A stretch of 64,000 nucleotides of DNA from Eubacteriales bacterium (GTDB lineage Bacteria > Bacillota > Clostridia > Oscillospirales > QAKW01): NCBI GenBank assembly GCA_045593905.1, contig JAZNXL010000007.1, positions 2,101-66,100 on the forward strand, in the 5' to 3' direction. Below are positions 44,695 through 54,578 of the stretch, in pieces. The translations under genes and the position numbers were made by a program. Under the pieces are notes generated by a model. It was given only the letters and a program-made list of their open reading frames with translations, ran no database searches and was not told the DNA's origin. Positions within the stretch are counted from its first letter, which is position 1. Each line of letters starts with the position of its first letter.

Positions 44695-46137
44695 ATGAAC
44701 ATAATTGTAAAAGGACACGAATTTTTTTACGATATATCATCAATGCTTTTGCTGTTTTTTCCGGGCAGCAAAGCGGAATATGTTGATAAATGCTATAATA
44801 AAGATTGCATCAGGTCTTTTTTAATTTTTAAAAACAATAAACACGTCTCTATAACAAAGGTCAGGCTAAATTCTCAAACATTTGTCGCTCAAAAAACTGT
44901 CAATACTGATTGTGATATTAAAAACGTTGTTAAATATACCTTTTATAAAGCATGTGAAAAGGCTACAAAAATCACATCTCCCTGGGGAATACTAACAGGC
45001 ATCAGTCCGCTAAGTGTATATAAAAAGCTTGTTACAAAAACTGATGATGTTAATAAAACTTTAAAAGAGCAGTATTTAGTAACACAACCTAAAATTGATA
45101 TCTTAAGCAACATATTTTTAATAAATAACAAATTTGTTACATATAACAAAAAAGATATCAGTATTTATGTTTCAATACCATTTTGTCCAAGTAAATGCTC
45201 ATACTGCTCATTTATAAGCTTATCAGCTGTTAATAAAGAAAAGCTATTACAACAATATGTTCAGCTTTTGTGCTGTGAAATTGAACAAAAAGCGCCGATT
45301 ATATCAAAATTTAATTTAAATATTAAGTCGTTATATATTGGTGGCGGCACACCGGGTATTTTGTCTTATGAACAATTAAAGAAGCTTCTTTTAACTCTTA
45401 ACAAACAGTTTGATTTAAGCTCTATACCTGAAAAGTGCTTTGAAATTGGAAGACCCGATACCGTAGATTGTGACAAGTTTGAACTTTTAAACTTGTATGG
45501 CTTTGATAGAATTTGTATAAATACTCAAACTACAAACGATACTATCTTACAAAAGGTTAACCGAAATCACACATCAAAACAGTATTTTAATGCTGTAAAG
45601 CTTGCTAAAAATTATAATTTTAAAAGTATAAACACCGACCTTATTGCAGGACTTCCCGGTGAGAGCGTTGATTCGTTTAAGAAAAGCATTGATGATATTA
45701 TATCATCAGGTGTTGATAACATTACTATTCATACACTTGCTATCAAACGAGCGGCTAATTTATCTGATGATAAACAAAATTATAACGCAAATCGTCCCGA
45801 TGTTGATGTTATGTTGAATTATGCATATTCGCAGCTAAATAAACACGGCTTTGTGCCGTATTATTTATACAGGCAAAAAAACTGCCTTGCAAATGGTGAA
45901 AATATCGGCTTTTGTAAGCCCGACACTCCTTGCCTTTACAACATTTACATGATGGAAAGCATACATTCTGTGTTGGCTTTTGGTGCAGGCGCTTCAACAA
46001 AAATTGTTAACGGAACAAACATTGAGCGCGTAATTAATATAAAATATCCAATGGATTATGTCAGAGAGTTTGATAAAATTAACGACAATTACATTAAAAT
46101 AAACAAACAATTTGAAAAGGTGTTTGAAAATGAATAA
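44695..46137 (+). CDS. hemZ: radical SAM coproporphyrinogen-dehydrogenase-like protein (HemZ/HemN family)
   Basis: Radical SAM cluster motif CPSKCSYCSF, followed by a HemN-like core (YIGGGTP). Confidence 0.8.
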   Translation: MNIIVKGHEFFYDISSMLLLFFPGSKAEYVDKCYNKDCIRSFLIFKNNKHVSITKVRLNSQTFVAQKTVNTDCDIKNVVKYTFYKACEKATKITSPWGILTGISPLSVYKKLVTKTDDVNKTLKEQYLVTQPKIDILSNIFLINNKFVTYNKKDISIYVSIPFCPSKCSYCSFISLSAVNKEKLLQQYVQLLCCEIEQKAPIISKFNLNIKSLYIGGGTPGILSYEQLKKLLLTLNKQFDLSSIPEKCFEIGRPDTVDCDKFELLNLYGFDRICINTQTTNDTILQKVNRNHTSKQYFNAVKLAKNYNFKSINTDLIAGLPGESVDSFKKSIDDIISSGVDNITIHTLAIKRAANLSDDKQNYNANRPDVDVMLNYAYSQLNKHGFVPYYLYRQKNCLANGENIGFCKPDTPCLYNIYMMESIHSVLAFGAGASTKIVNGTNIERVINIKYPMDYVREFDKINDNYIKINKQFEKVFENE

Positions 46138-48109
46138 CAATCATATTCAAAACGAAATAAAAGAGCTTACCGATTTACTAAATCACTATTCTGAACAGTA
46201 TTATGTTTACGATAACCCTACTGTTAGTGATTACGAGTACGATATGTTAATGCGCAAACTCAAGTCACTTGAAAATCAGTATCCTGATTTTAAGCTTGAT
46301 TATTCTCCTACATCAAGGGTAGGTGGTGAAGCTTTATCACAATTCGAGACGGTAAATCACGAGGTGCCGCTCAAAAGCCTTCAAGACGTATTTTCGTATA
46401 CTGAGCTTGAAGAATTTGATAACAGAGTACGTAAAGCGGTTGATAACCCTGAATATGTTGTTGAACTTAAAATTGACGGACTTTCAGTTGCTCTTGAATA
46501 TAAAAACGGAATTTTAGTTACGGGCGCTACACGTGGTAGCGGAACAGTGGGCGAGGACGTTACAACAAACATAAAAACCATCAAAACAATTCCTTTAAAA
46601 CTTTCAAAGCCTGTTGACATTATTGTTCGCGGCGAGGTATTTATGCCTAAAAAAAGCTTTAATGCTTTAAATGAACAACGTGAAAACAATAATCTTCAAC
46701 TGTTTGCAAATCCGCGCAATGCGGCAGCGGGCTCGCTTAGACAACTCGAAAGTTCGGTTACTGCATCAAGAAACCTTGATATTTTTATATTTAATATACA
46801 AAAATTTGACAATAAGTTTAAAACCCATAAACAATCTCTTGATTTTTTGCGTGAGCTCGGCTTTAAAGTAAGCCCTTATTATAATTGCTATAAAACAATA
46901 AGCGAAGCATTTAACGAAATAGAAAGATTTGATAAAATTAGGCAACAGCTTGATTTTGATATTGACGGCGCCGTTGTAAAGGTTAACGACTTAACACATA
47001 GAGAGTTACTTGGCGAAACAACTAAGTTTCCGCGTTGGGCAGCTGCATATAAGTATCCGCCCGAGCAAAAACCTACAGTTTTAAGAGAAATTTTAATAAA
47101 TGTAGGAAGAACAGGGGTTTTAACTCCAAATGCCGTTTTTGACCCTGTGGTTTTGGCTGGTACAACCGTATCAAGAGCAACTCTTCACAATAGATGCTTT
47201 ATAAAAGATTTAGATATTAGAATTAATGACACGGTGATTGTTCAAAAAGCAGGGGATATTATTCCTGAAATCGTAAGGGTTGATAAATCAAAACGAAATG
47301 GAACAGAGCAAGAGTTTATAATGCCTGCTTGTTGCCCCGAGTGTAATACGCCTGTTGTGTTTGACGAGAGCGGAATAATGGTTAGGTGCCCAAACCCTGA
47401 TTGCGATGCAAAAACATATAGAAAAATCGTTCATTTTGTATCTAAAGAGGCAATGGATATTGAAGGTCTTGGTCCTGCTGTTGTTGAGCAGTTAATTGAT
47501 AACAATCTTGTTGAAGATGCTGCTGACTTATATTATTTAAAGCCCGAAGATTTATTAAATCTTGAAGGTTTTGCTGAGGTTTCAGCAGTTAAGCTAATTG
47601 AATCTATTGAAAAATCAAAAGAGTTAGGCCTTGACAGGGTAATAAATGCTTTAGGTATTAAAAACATTGGTCAAAAAGCCTCAAAATCTCTTGCAAAACA
47701 TTTTAAAAACATTGATGCAATAATTAATGCTGATGCTGAAGAAATTTCTCAAATCGAAGATTTTGGACTTATAAGTGCAACAAGTGTTACTGAATATTTT
47801 GACTATTTACCCAACCTTGCAATAATTGATAAACTAAAACAAGCAAATGTAAACCTGACATATCAAAGCGACGTTGTTGATAACAGGTTTGAGGGAAAAA
47901 CGTTTGTTTTAAGCGGCGGTCTTGATAGTATGTCAAGAAACGAAGCGAGTGCACTAATCGAAAAGTTCGGTGGTAAAACATCATCATCGGTTTCTTCTAA
48001 AACATCATATTTGTTACTCGGTGATAAACCTGGTAGTAAGCTTGATAAAGCAAACAGTCTTGGTGTTCCGGTAATTGATGAACAACAATTTTTACAAATG
48101 ATAAAATAG
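46130..48109 (+). CDS. ligA: NAD-dependent DNA ligase
   Basis: Adenylation motif ELKIDGLS, OB fold, Zn-finger CPECNTPV...CPNPDC, HhH repeats and a BRCT tail. The start at 46130 follows AAGGTG. Confidence 0.95.
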   Translation: MNNNHIQNEIKELTDLLNHYSEQYYVYDNPTVSDYEYDMLMRKLKSLENQYPDFKLDYSPTSRVGGEALSQFETVNHEVPLKSLQDVFSYTELEEFDNRVRKAVDNPEYVVELKIDGLSVALEYKNGILVTGATRGSGTVGEDVTTNIKTIKTIPLKLSKPVDIIVRGEVFMPKKSFNALNEQRENNNLQLFANPRNAAAGSLRQLESSVTASRNLDIFIFNIQKFDNKFKTHKQSLDFLRELGFKVSPYYNCYKTISEAFNEIERFDKIRQQLDFDIDGAVVKVNDLTHRELLGETTKFPRWAAAYKYPPEQKPTVLREILINVGRTGVLTPNAVFDPVVLAGTTVSRATLHNRCFIKDLDIRINDTVIVQKAGDIIPEIVRVDKSKRNGTEQEFIMPACCPECNTPVVFDESGIMVRCPNPDCDAKTYRKIVHFVSKEAMDIEGLGPAVVEQLIDNNLVEDAADLYYLKPEDLLNLEGFAEVSAVKLIESIEKSKELGLDRVINALGIKNIGQKASKSLAKHFKNIDAIINADAEEISQIEDFGLISATSVTEYFDYLPNLAIIDKLKQANVNLTYQSDVVDNRFEGKTFVLSGGLDSMSRNEASALIEKFGGKTSSSVSSKTSYLLLGDKPGSKLDKANSLGVPVIDEQQFLQMIK

Positions 48110-48135
48110 AACTGCAAACGCAGTTCTATTTTTTT
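48107..48135 (+). terminator. rho-independent terminator after ligA
   Basis: Stem TAGAACTGC / GCAGTTCTA, followed by T7. The ligA stop codon lies inside the stem. Confidence 0.8.
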
Positions 48136-48180
48136 GTTTTTTTCATAGTCTTTACAAAGGACAACTTTTCGGAGGAACAG

Positions 48181-49128
48181 ATGGATAACAAATTAAAATG
48201 GAAGACCGAAATACTAAAGTATTTACCAGTAGAGATTGAAAAATCAATAAATGACCTACCAACATCTGAGCTATGTAATGTTTCTGAAATACGGCTTAGA
48301 GTTAACGGGTATTCAAGCATTACAGTAAAAGGTGAAAACAAGGTTTTATATTTTGATAAAAAACCAATCGTGCTGACAACCGATGATATAAGAGGTGTAT
48401 TTGAGGCAATTTGTGATAATCAGGTTTTTAAATATGAAAATCAAATTAAAAACGGATATATAACAATCAGGGGCGGGCACAGGGTCGGTTTTTGCGGAAC
48501 TGCCGTTTATAATGATGGTGAGTTAGCCACAATAACAAATATTTCTTCAATCGTATTTAGAATTTCAAGACAAATTTTAAATTCTGCAAGAGAAATTATT
48601 GGCAATGTACTTATTGATAACAAAATAATTTCAACGCTTATTGTAAGCGAACCTGGCGGCGGAAAAACAACAATACTTACTGACCTTACAAGACTTTTAT
48701 CAAATCTTGGTAAAAGGTGCGCGGTAATAGATGAGCGCGGAGAAATATGTTCGCTTTTTGATAGCGCCGCACAAAAAGAAATCGGCAAATTTACCGACGT
48801 ATTAAACGAATACAGTAAAAAAGACGGTATGATATTAGCGCTAAGGTGCTTATCGCCGCAAGTTATAATTTGTGATGAAGTTGGCTCGAGCGACGATGTT
48901 GACGGTATGCTTGAAGCAATGAACGCAGGTGTTCCTGTTATTGCAACTGCTCATGCCTCGTGCGAGCAAGAATTATATGAACGGCCGCAGATTGAAAGGT
49001 TAATTGACCATGGCGGCATAGATAAAATTTTGTTTTTAAAAAGCAGTGCAAACCCCGGTGTAATAAAAAAGATAATAACGGTAAACAGTTATGATGAAGA
49101 TTATTGGAATAGCGATTGTAGCAATTAG
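48181..49128 (+). CDS. spoIIIAA: stage III sporulation protein AA (ATPase)
   Basis: Walker A EPGGGKTT. Position and size fit the first gene of the spoIIIA operon. RBS GGAGGAA. Confidence 0.9.
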   Translation: MDNKLKWKTEILKYLPVEIEKSINDLPTSELCNVSEIRLRVNGYSSITVKGENKVLYFDKKPIVLTTDDIRGVFEAICDNQVFKYENQIKNGYITIRGGHRVGFCGTAVYNDGELATITNISSIVFRISRQILNSAREIIGNVLIDNKIISTLIVSEPGGGKTTILTDLTRLLSNLGKRCAVIDERGEICSLFDSAAQKEIGKFTDVLNEYSKKDGMILALRCLSPQVIICDEVGSSDDVDGMLEAMNAGVPVIATAHASCEQELYERPQIERLIDHGGIDKILFLKSSANPGVIKKIITVNSYDEDYWNSDCSN

Positions 49129-49582
49129 TACAATTATGTTTTCTTTTATGCTGTTTGAAAAGTACAAAATCAGACCAAACAGTCTACAAATGTATATTGA
49201 ATTAATTGAGTGCTATTACACGCACTTAAAATGGCATAAAAAATCTTTTTGCGAAACGTTTAAAAATTATAAAACCGAAGATAAATATTTAATAACCGCA
49301 AAAAGTTTATTGATAAACAACTGCTTAATAGATGCTTTTGTTACAAATAACGATTTGTTTTTAAGTCTTTATTTAACTAAAGAAGACCAGCTGATTATTG
49401 AGAATTTTTTAAGAAATTGTGGCAAGCAAAACTATGCAACTGAGTTAAATCTTTGCGAAAAAACTCTCGCTTCTTTATCAAAACAAAAGCAAGCGGCGGC
49501 AATTAAATATAAAGATAGCGGGAGCTTATGCTTAAAGCTTGGCGGCATTGCTGCGCTTTGGATATTTGTTTTATTAGTTTAG
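49091..49582 (+). CDS. spoIIIAB: stage III sporulation protein AB
   Basis: 163 aa with terminal TM segments. Second position in the operon, overlapping the spoIIIAA 3' end. Confidence 0.8.
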   Translation: MMKIIGIAIVAISTIMFSFMLFEKYKIRPNSLQMYIELIECYYTHLKWHKKSFCETFKNYKTEDKYLITAKSLLINNCLIDAFVTNNDLFLSLYLTKEDQLIIENFLRNCGKQNYATELNLCEKTLASLSKQKQAAAIKYKDSGSLCLKLGGIAALWIFVLLV

Positions 49583-49583
49583 T

Positions 49584-49778
49584 ATGGAATTAGGACTTAT
49601 TTTTAAAATAACTGCAATCGGGCTAATTGTTGCATGTGTAAATATTATTTTAACTAAATCAGCAAAAGAGGAGTACACACTTTTAACAACAATAACCGGA
49701 ATAATTATTGTAATAGCAAGCGTAATAGATGACATAAAAGAGCTGTTTGTTATGCTTGAAAGTTTATTTAATTTATGA
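49584..49778 (+). CDS. spoIIIAC: stage III sporulation protein AC
   Basis: 64 aa, two TM segments. MELGLIFKITAIGLIVA... is typical of SpoIIIAC. Confidence 0.88.
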   Translation: MELGLIFKITAIGLIVACVNIILTKSAKEEYTLLTTITGIIIVIASVIDDIKELFVMLESLFNL

Positions 49779-50161
49779 TTAAGTACTTAGTTTTTATAGT
49801 ATGCGCTTTGGTGCTTGTAATTGTTCTAAAAAACGCAAAAAGCCCAATAGCAAATATTATAGTTTTACCAATTAGTGTTTGCGTTTTATTGCTATGCTTA
49901 TCTTCGCTTGAACCTACTCTTGAATTTACATATCTTTTAGCAAACGAGTCGGGGTTTAATAACGAGTATTTATCAATAATTTTAAAGTGCATTGGCATAT
50001 GCTTTTTATGTAGTATAACTACAAGGCTGTGTACAGATGCAGGTGAGACTGCTCTATCGCACAGTGCAGAAATTATTTGTAAAATCAATATAATTTCGCT
50101 TACTCTTCCAATTTATATTGATTTATTTAAATGGATAATGAAAATATGGGAAAAGCTATAA
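49775..50161 (+). CDS. spoIIIAD: stage III sporulation protein AD
   Basis: 128 aa, 4 TM segments. ATGA overlap with spoIIIAC. Confidence 0.85.
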   Translation: MIKYLVFIVCALVLVIVLKNAKSPIANIIVLPISVCVLLLCLSSLEPTLEFTYLLANESGFNNEYLSIILKCIGICFLCSITTRLCTDAGETALSHSAEIICKINIISLTLPIYIDLFKWIMKIWEKL

Positions 50162-51210
50162 AAATTTTAATTACAATTCTTCTAATAATGCTGTTAACCC
50201 CTAATGTATGTGCAAAGCAAGAGGGAATAGACGAGTTTTTAAACATTATCCCTGATGATATTGAAATTAAAAGTGAGCAAAGCCTAATTGAGTTAATTAA
50301 AATTGATAAGTTATTCAGTTATTTAACAGCCTCTTTTAAAAATGTTTTAAAAAGTTGTGCTTCAGTTGTGGTTTCACTATGTATTATTGTTATTTTATTA
50401 AGTGTATTTTCAAATTTTGAAAAAAATAAAGAGCTAAATAAAACAATAGATTCCGCCGCCGTTGTAGTCGCAGCTGCGCTTATTTTTAATGCGGTAATAA
50501 AATGTATAGACGTTTGTTCTGCAAATATTGAAAGCTCAAGTGTGTTTTGTAAATCTTGCATACCGATTGTTTTGTCGCTTTGCGTTGCTTCGGGCAACAC
50601 CTTTTCAGCAGCTGTTTTTTCAACAACAATATCTTTTTTAACATCTATTTCTCAAACAATTTCTCAATATATATTTATTCCTGTAATAATTGTTATGTTT
50701 TGCCTTTCTCTGTTACAAAACACTGATTTTAGTTTTGATTTTTTGGCAATTGCAAATCAACTAAAAAAGTTTATAAAATGGGGGATTGGAATATTCATTT
50801 CAATATTTTCAATCTCGGTTTCTTTTCAAACCTTTTTATCGGCATCACAAGACTCTTTTGTAAAGCGTTCTATTAAAAGTGCGGTTGGTACTTTTGTACC
50901 CGTTATCGGAAGCTCTTTGTCAGCAGGTCTTGATTCGGTTTTTGCAATTGCCGCTAACACAAAAAACACTATTGCAATATGTGGTGCAATAGTTGTTTTG
51001 TTAATCTTTTTAAATGGTATTATCAATACTTTCGTGTATGGGTTTGGTATATCAGTTGTAAAAATATTTGCATCAACTTTAGGGGTTAAAAACTTTTGTA
51101 AATCATTAGCGGTAGTTGCTGATACATTTTATTTGATGTGTGCTGTTGTTAGTTGTTGTGCAATTATGACTATTGTTTGTTTTTTTGTGGTTTGTATCAA
51201 CATAATATGA
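50131..51210 (+). CDS. spoIIIAE: stage III sporulation protein AE
   Basis: 359 aa with a signal-like N-terminus and a polytopic C-terminal half. The exact start (50131 or 50146) is uncertain. Confidence 0.85.
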   Translation: MDNENMGKAIKILITILLIMLLTPNVCAKQEGIDEFLNIIPDDIEIKSEQSLIELIKIDKLFSYLTASFKNVLKSCASVVVSLCIIVILLSVFSNFEKNKELNKTIDSAAVVVAAALIFNAVIKCIDVCSANIESSSVFCKSCIPIVLSLCVASGNTFSAAVFSTTISFLTSISQTISQYIFIPVIIVMFCLSLLQNTDFSFDFLAIANQLKKFIKWGIGIFISIFSISVSFQTFLSASQDSFVKRSIKSAVGTFVPVIGSSLSAGLDSVFAIAANTKNTIAICGAIVVLLIFLNGIINTFVYGFGISVVKIFASTLGVKNFCKSLAVVADTFYLMCAVVSCCAIMTIVCFFVVCINII

Positions 51211-51626
51211 AGATTTTTTTAGTTCTAATTACATTAGCTTTGCTTTCGTCACAAGTTTTAAGACTTGTGCCTGAAAGTAAGTATATATTTTTAATTAAGC
51301 CGGCCTTGGTTTGTGCAATATTGTTGACTGTTTTTTCTGTTGGTATTAATTTTGATTTAAAAAATAGAATTGATTTAAGTGACGCGAATAATAATCAAAA
51401 CGAGGTTTGGGATAACGCAGTTGATAGCACTGAAGAAATATTTAAACAACAAATTTTGAATTTATGCAAAAACAATGGCCTTACCATTGAAAAAATTACA
51501 GTAGACTTAAAAACCGATTATAAAAGTTTTGATATTCAAAGAATATTAGTTGAGGGCCCTGATAAATCTGCAGCTAAATCACTGATAATTTCAACCTATA
51601 GACTTAACGAAGATTTGGTGAAATAA
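51207..51626 (+). CDS. spoIIIAF: stage III sporulation protein AF
   Basis: The start at 51207 (MKIFLVLITL) overlaps the spoIIIAE stop (ATGA). Two N-terminal TM segments plus a soluble domain. Confidence 0.8.
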   Translation: MKIFLVLITLALLSSQVLRLVPESKYIFLIKPALVCAILLTVFSVGINFDLKNRIDLSDANNNQNEVWDNAVDSTEEIFKQQILNLCKNNGLTIEKITVDLKTDYKSFDIQRILVEGPDKSAAKSLIISTYRLNEDLVK

Positions 51627-52102
51627 TGATAAATATTAGTAAAATATCAATTAACAAAAATTATATACCGTTTATTTTGCTCGGGCTTGGAATAATATTA
51701 ATTTTACTTTCATATATATTTCCAAAAAGTACCAATAAAACAGACACTGTATTTAACGAAGATATTTTTATTGAGTCTACACAACAAAGAGTTGAGCTAA
51801 TCGTATCACAAATTGCGGGCGTAGGTGATTGCAGTGTTGCAGTTAATATTAACTCTACAATTGAGTCGGTTTATGTTAAAGAAAGCAAAAGTGAAAACCA
51901 AAATAGCGTATTAACAACCAAAGACAGTAGCGGTAACGAGAACGCGGTTGTTACAAAAAAGGTAATGCCTCAAATTAGCGGTGTTACAGTAGTGTGTTCG
52001 GGCGGTAATAACAAAAATGTAAAAAATGCGGTTATATCTGCCGTCAGTACGCTTCTTGATATTGGCACAAACAAGGTGTGCGTAATTGCAAAAGCAAATT
52101 AA
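51626..52102 (+). CDS. spoIIIAG: stage III sporulation protein AG
   Basis: 158 aa with an N-terminal TM segment. The C-terminal ring-building-like motif QISGVTVVCSGG is present. Confidence 0.85.
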   Translation: MINISKISINKNYIPFILLGLGIILILLSYIFPKSTNKTDTVFNEDIFIESTQQRVELIVSQIAGVGDCSVAVNINSTIESVYVKESKSENQNSVLTTKDSSGNENAVVTKKVMPQISGVTVVCSGGNNKNVKNAVISAVSTLLDIGTNKVCVIAKAN

Positions 52103-52122
52103 ATAGATTTAAGGAGAAAGTC

Positions 52123-52686
52123 ATGAAAGTAAATAAAAAACAGTTAGTTATGTTAGCGTTATCACTTGTTGTTTGCGTTGCGGTTTATCTTAACTGGAAA
52201 TTCTTACAAAGCGATACAATTCAAAAAGTAACACCGACCGATAGCGAAGTAATACAAACCGATGAAAATCAAAACCAAGACGAACAGCAAAAAACATTGG
52301 GTGAAGCGCAATACGTATCTTCAACCGCAACCGATGCTGACGAGTATTTTACAAGTTCGCGACTTAACAGACAACAGTCAAAAGACAAGGCGATTGAGCT
52401 GTTAGAAACTGTTGTAAACAACGAGTCATCAAGTGCCGCTTCTATTGAAAAAGCAAATGCCGAAATATCAGATATTGCAGCTAAAACTGAAATTGAGGGT
52501 ACCGTTGAAAACTTAATAAAAGCAAAAGGTTTTGAAGATTGTGTTGTATTCATTGGTGCCGATATTGCTAATGTTGTTGTTAAGTCAGATGGTCTTACTG
52601 CTCAACAAGCGGCGCAAATTAGCGAAATTGTTATGTCACAGACTAAGTTTACTTCAGCAAATGTAAAAATTGTTGAAGTAAAATAA
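52123..52686 (+). CDS. spoIIIAH: stage III sporulation protein AH
   Basis: The start at 52123 follows AAGGAGAA. N-terminal TM segment, acidic/Gln-rich linker and a C-terminal YscJ/FliF-like domain. Last gene of the operon. Confidence 0.82.
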   Translation: MKVNKKQLVMLALSLVVCVAVYLNWKFLQSDTIQKVTPTDSEVIQTDENQNQDEQQKTLGEAQYVSSTATDADEYFTSSRLNRQQSKDKAIELLETVVNNESSSAASIEKANAEISDIAAKTEIEGTVENLIKAKGFEDCVVFIGADIANVVVKSDGLTAQQAAQISEIVMSQTKFTSANVKIVEVK

Positions 52687-52757
52687 AAAAAACTATTTAT
52701 TTTTTATAATTTTATGATATAATATCATTGATACATATTAAAAGGAGATTGATACGT

Positions 52758-53129
52758 ATGTCAGTTAATGATGTTTCTAATATCCAAATTTCAAATGAGG
52801 TTATATCAACTATTGCAAGTGTTGCAGCTCTTGAGGTTGACGGTGTACACTCACTTTCTTCTTCAATTTCTGATAACATTAAAGATTTTATTTCTAAAAA
52901 AACCGCAGTTAAAGGTATAAGCGTTGAGCTTAACGAAAATAATGACGTTACCGTAACTGTCAGCTTTATTGTTAAATACAACTATAAAATTCAAGACGTT
53001 GCTCTGAACGTTCAAAATCAGGTTATTCGCGCAGTAGCAGATATGACTAATTACAATGTTGCTGCTGTAAACGTAAACGTTGTCGGCGTTAACATTCCTA
53101 AACCTGAAACCACTGAAACAGCTAAATAA
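52758..53129 (+). CDS. Asp23/Gls24 family envelope stress protein
   Basis: The start at 52758 follows AAAGGAGA. ISNEVISTIASVAALEVDGV is typical of the Asp23 family. Confidence 0.88.
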   Translation: MSVNDVSNIQISNEVISTIASVAALEVDGVHSLSSSISDNIKDFISKKTAVKGISVELNENNDVTVTVSFIVKYNYKIQDVALNVQNQVIRAVADMTNYNVAAVNVNVVGVNIPKPETTETAK

Positions 53130-53130
53130 A

Positions 53131-53159
53131 ATAACCGCCTAAAAGGCGGTTATTTTTTT
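53131..53159 (+). terminator. rho-independent terminator
   Basis: Stem ATAACCGCC / GGCGGTTAT with loop TAAAA, followed by T6. Confidence 0.85.
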
Positions 53160-53183
53160 GTTCAATTATGAATATGTTTTTAT

Positions 53184-53963
53184 ATGGTTAACATATTTAA
53201 ACATTTTTATTATGGAATATTAATAGGCGTTTCAGTAATTACACCCGGACTTAGTGGCGGTACAACCGCATTAATTTTGGGTGTGTACAAAGATATTATG
53301 GAAAACGCATCATTGTTAAATAAAAAGCCAATTAAGAGTATTTGTTATTTGCTTCCTTTTTTAACTGGCGCGGTGTTAGGCTTGCTAATTTGCTTAAAAC
53401 CAATTAAGTATATTATAGAAAATTACGAGCTATTATTAAATTATTTTGTACTGGGAATTATTTTAGGAAGCACACCTGTGTTTTTACCAAAATCAAAAAA
53501 GTTTCAACTAAAAAACATTCTTTTAATTCTTGTTGGTGCTGTGCCTGTTGTAGCGCAATTATATTTTAATTCAAGCATTAATTATTCAAATATACTTTAT
53601 GATGCTTTTGTTGCGTTTTTAAGTGCAGTGGCTTTAATTTTGCCCGGAATAAGCCTTACTAACATTTTAATTTGCTTTGGTAAATATGAATTGGTAATAA
53701 ATTCTTTAACAAGCTGTTGCTATAAAGAAATAGTTATGTTTTTAATACTGTTGGTTATTGAAACAGTTGCTTGTGTCAAAATTATTAATTATTTTTATAA
53801 AAAGAAAACCGAGAGCATTAATATAATGCTACTCGGTATGGTGTTGGCCTCGGCAATATCGCTAGTTAAAATTATTCCGTGCGGAATTGAAATAATATAT
53901 TGCGGCTTGTTACTTATTTGCGGCTTTTGTGTTAGTTTTATTTTTAGTAGACTTAAAGTATGA
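53184..53963 (+). CDS. DUF368 family membrane protein (family implicated in polyprenyl-phosphate recycling)
   Basis: 259 aa, polytopic. The motif VITPGLSGGTTALILGVY is typical of DUF368. No clear RBS. Confidence 0.75.
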   Translation: MVNIFKHFYYGILIGVSVITPGLSGGTTALILGVYKDIMENASLLNKKPIKSICYLLPFLTGAVLGLLICLKPIKYIIENYELLLNYFVLGIILGSTPVFLPKSKKFQLKNILLILVGAVPVVAQLYFNSSINYSNILYDAFVAFLSAVALILPGISLTNILICFGKYELVINSLTSCCYKEIVMFLILLVIETVACVKIINYFYKKKTESINIMLLGMVLASAISLVKIIPCGIEIIYCGLLLICGFCVSFIFSRLKV

Positions 53964-54578
53964 ACAAACTGAATTTAGTGTACACTCTGAGCACAATGGC
54001 GAGCGAGCAGAACAAACTGCTCTTCCATGATGAACAAGATTATGACAAAGCTTTGTTTGATGCTCGGCAGGAATGACTTTTTTAAGAGCTATTTCAACTT
54101 TGTGTGGGTCGGTAGTATCCTTAACAAGCCCAAGTCTGTTTGATAGCCTTATACAATGTGTATCGGCAATAATTGCAGGTTTATTGTAAATATCACCGCA
54201 TATAAGATTGGCCGTTTTTCTACCAATTCCCGAAAGTTTAGTAAGGTCATCAATATTATCGGGTACCTCACCGTTAAAGTCGTTTATAATTTGATTTGAC
54301 ATTTCAATTATGCTTTGCGCCTTTGCGCGATAAAAGCCGCAAGAGTGAATAATTTTGCAAACATCTTCAAAATTCGCATTGGCAAAATCTTGTAAAGTTT
54401 TATATTTTTCAAAAAGGGCAGGGGTAACTAAATTAACGCGCTCATCAGTGCACTGCGCCGAAAGTCTTGTTGCGATAAGCAACTCATACGGTTTTGAAAA
54501 ATTAAGCGAGCATTTAGCGTAAGGGTATAACCTGTTTAACTCTTCAATTATATACGTTACTTTTTCTTTTTTAGTCAT
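53910..54578 (-). CDS. nth: endonuclease III
   Basis: HhH-GPD motif (LSGIGRKTANLI) and a 4Fe-4S loop C-x6-C-x2-C-x5-C (CSARSPLCSECTLNSVC). A 17-aa basic tail overlaps the DUF368 3' end. Confidence 0.92.
   Translation of the reverse strand: MTKKEKVTYIIEELNRLYPYAKCSLNFSKPYELLIATRLSAQCTDERVNLVTPALFEKYKTLQDFANANFEDVCKIIHSCGFYRAKAQSIIEMSNQIINDFNGEVPDNIDDLTKLSGIGRKTANLICGDIYNKPAIIADTHCIRLSNRLGLVKDTTDPHKVEIALKKVIPAEHQTKLCHNLVHHGRAVCSARSPLCSECTLNSVCSYFKSTKNKTNTKAANK

Noticed and set aside
48136-48180. A sigma-E promoter for spoIIIAA, sought in the 45 nt between the ligA terminator and the RBS (TTTTTCATAGTCTTTACAAAGGACAACTTTT).
   Set aside because: TCATAGT resembles a sigma-E -35 box. No CATACAnT-like -10 lies at a usable distance, and any -10 would fall on the RBS. 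I cannot support a promoter call.
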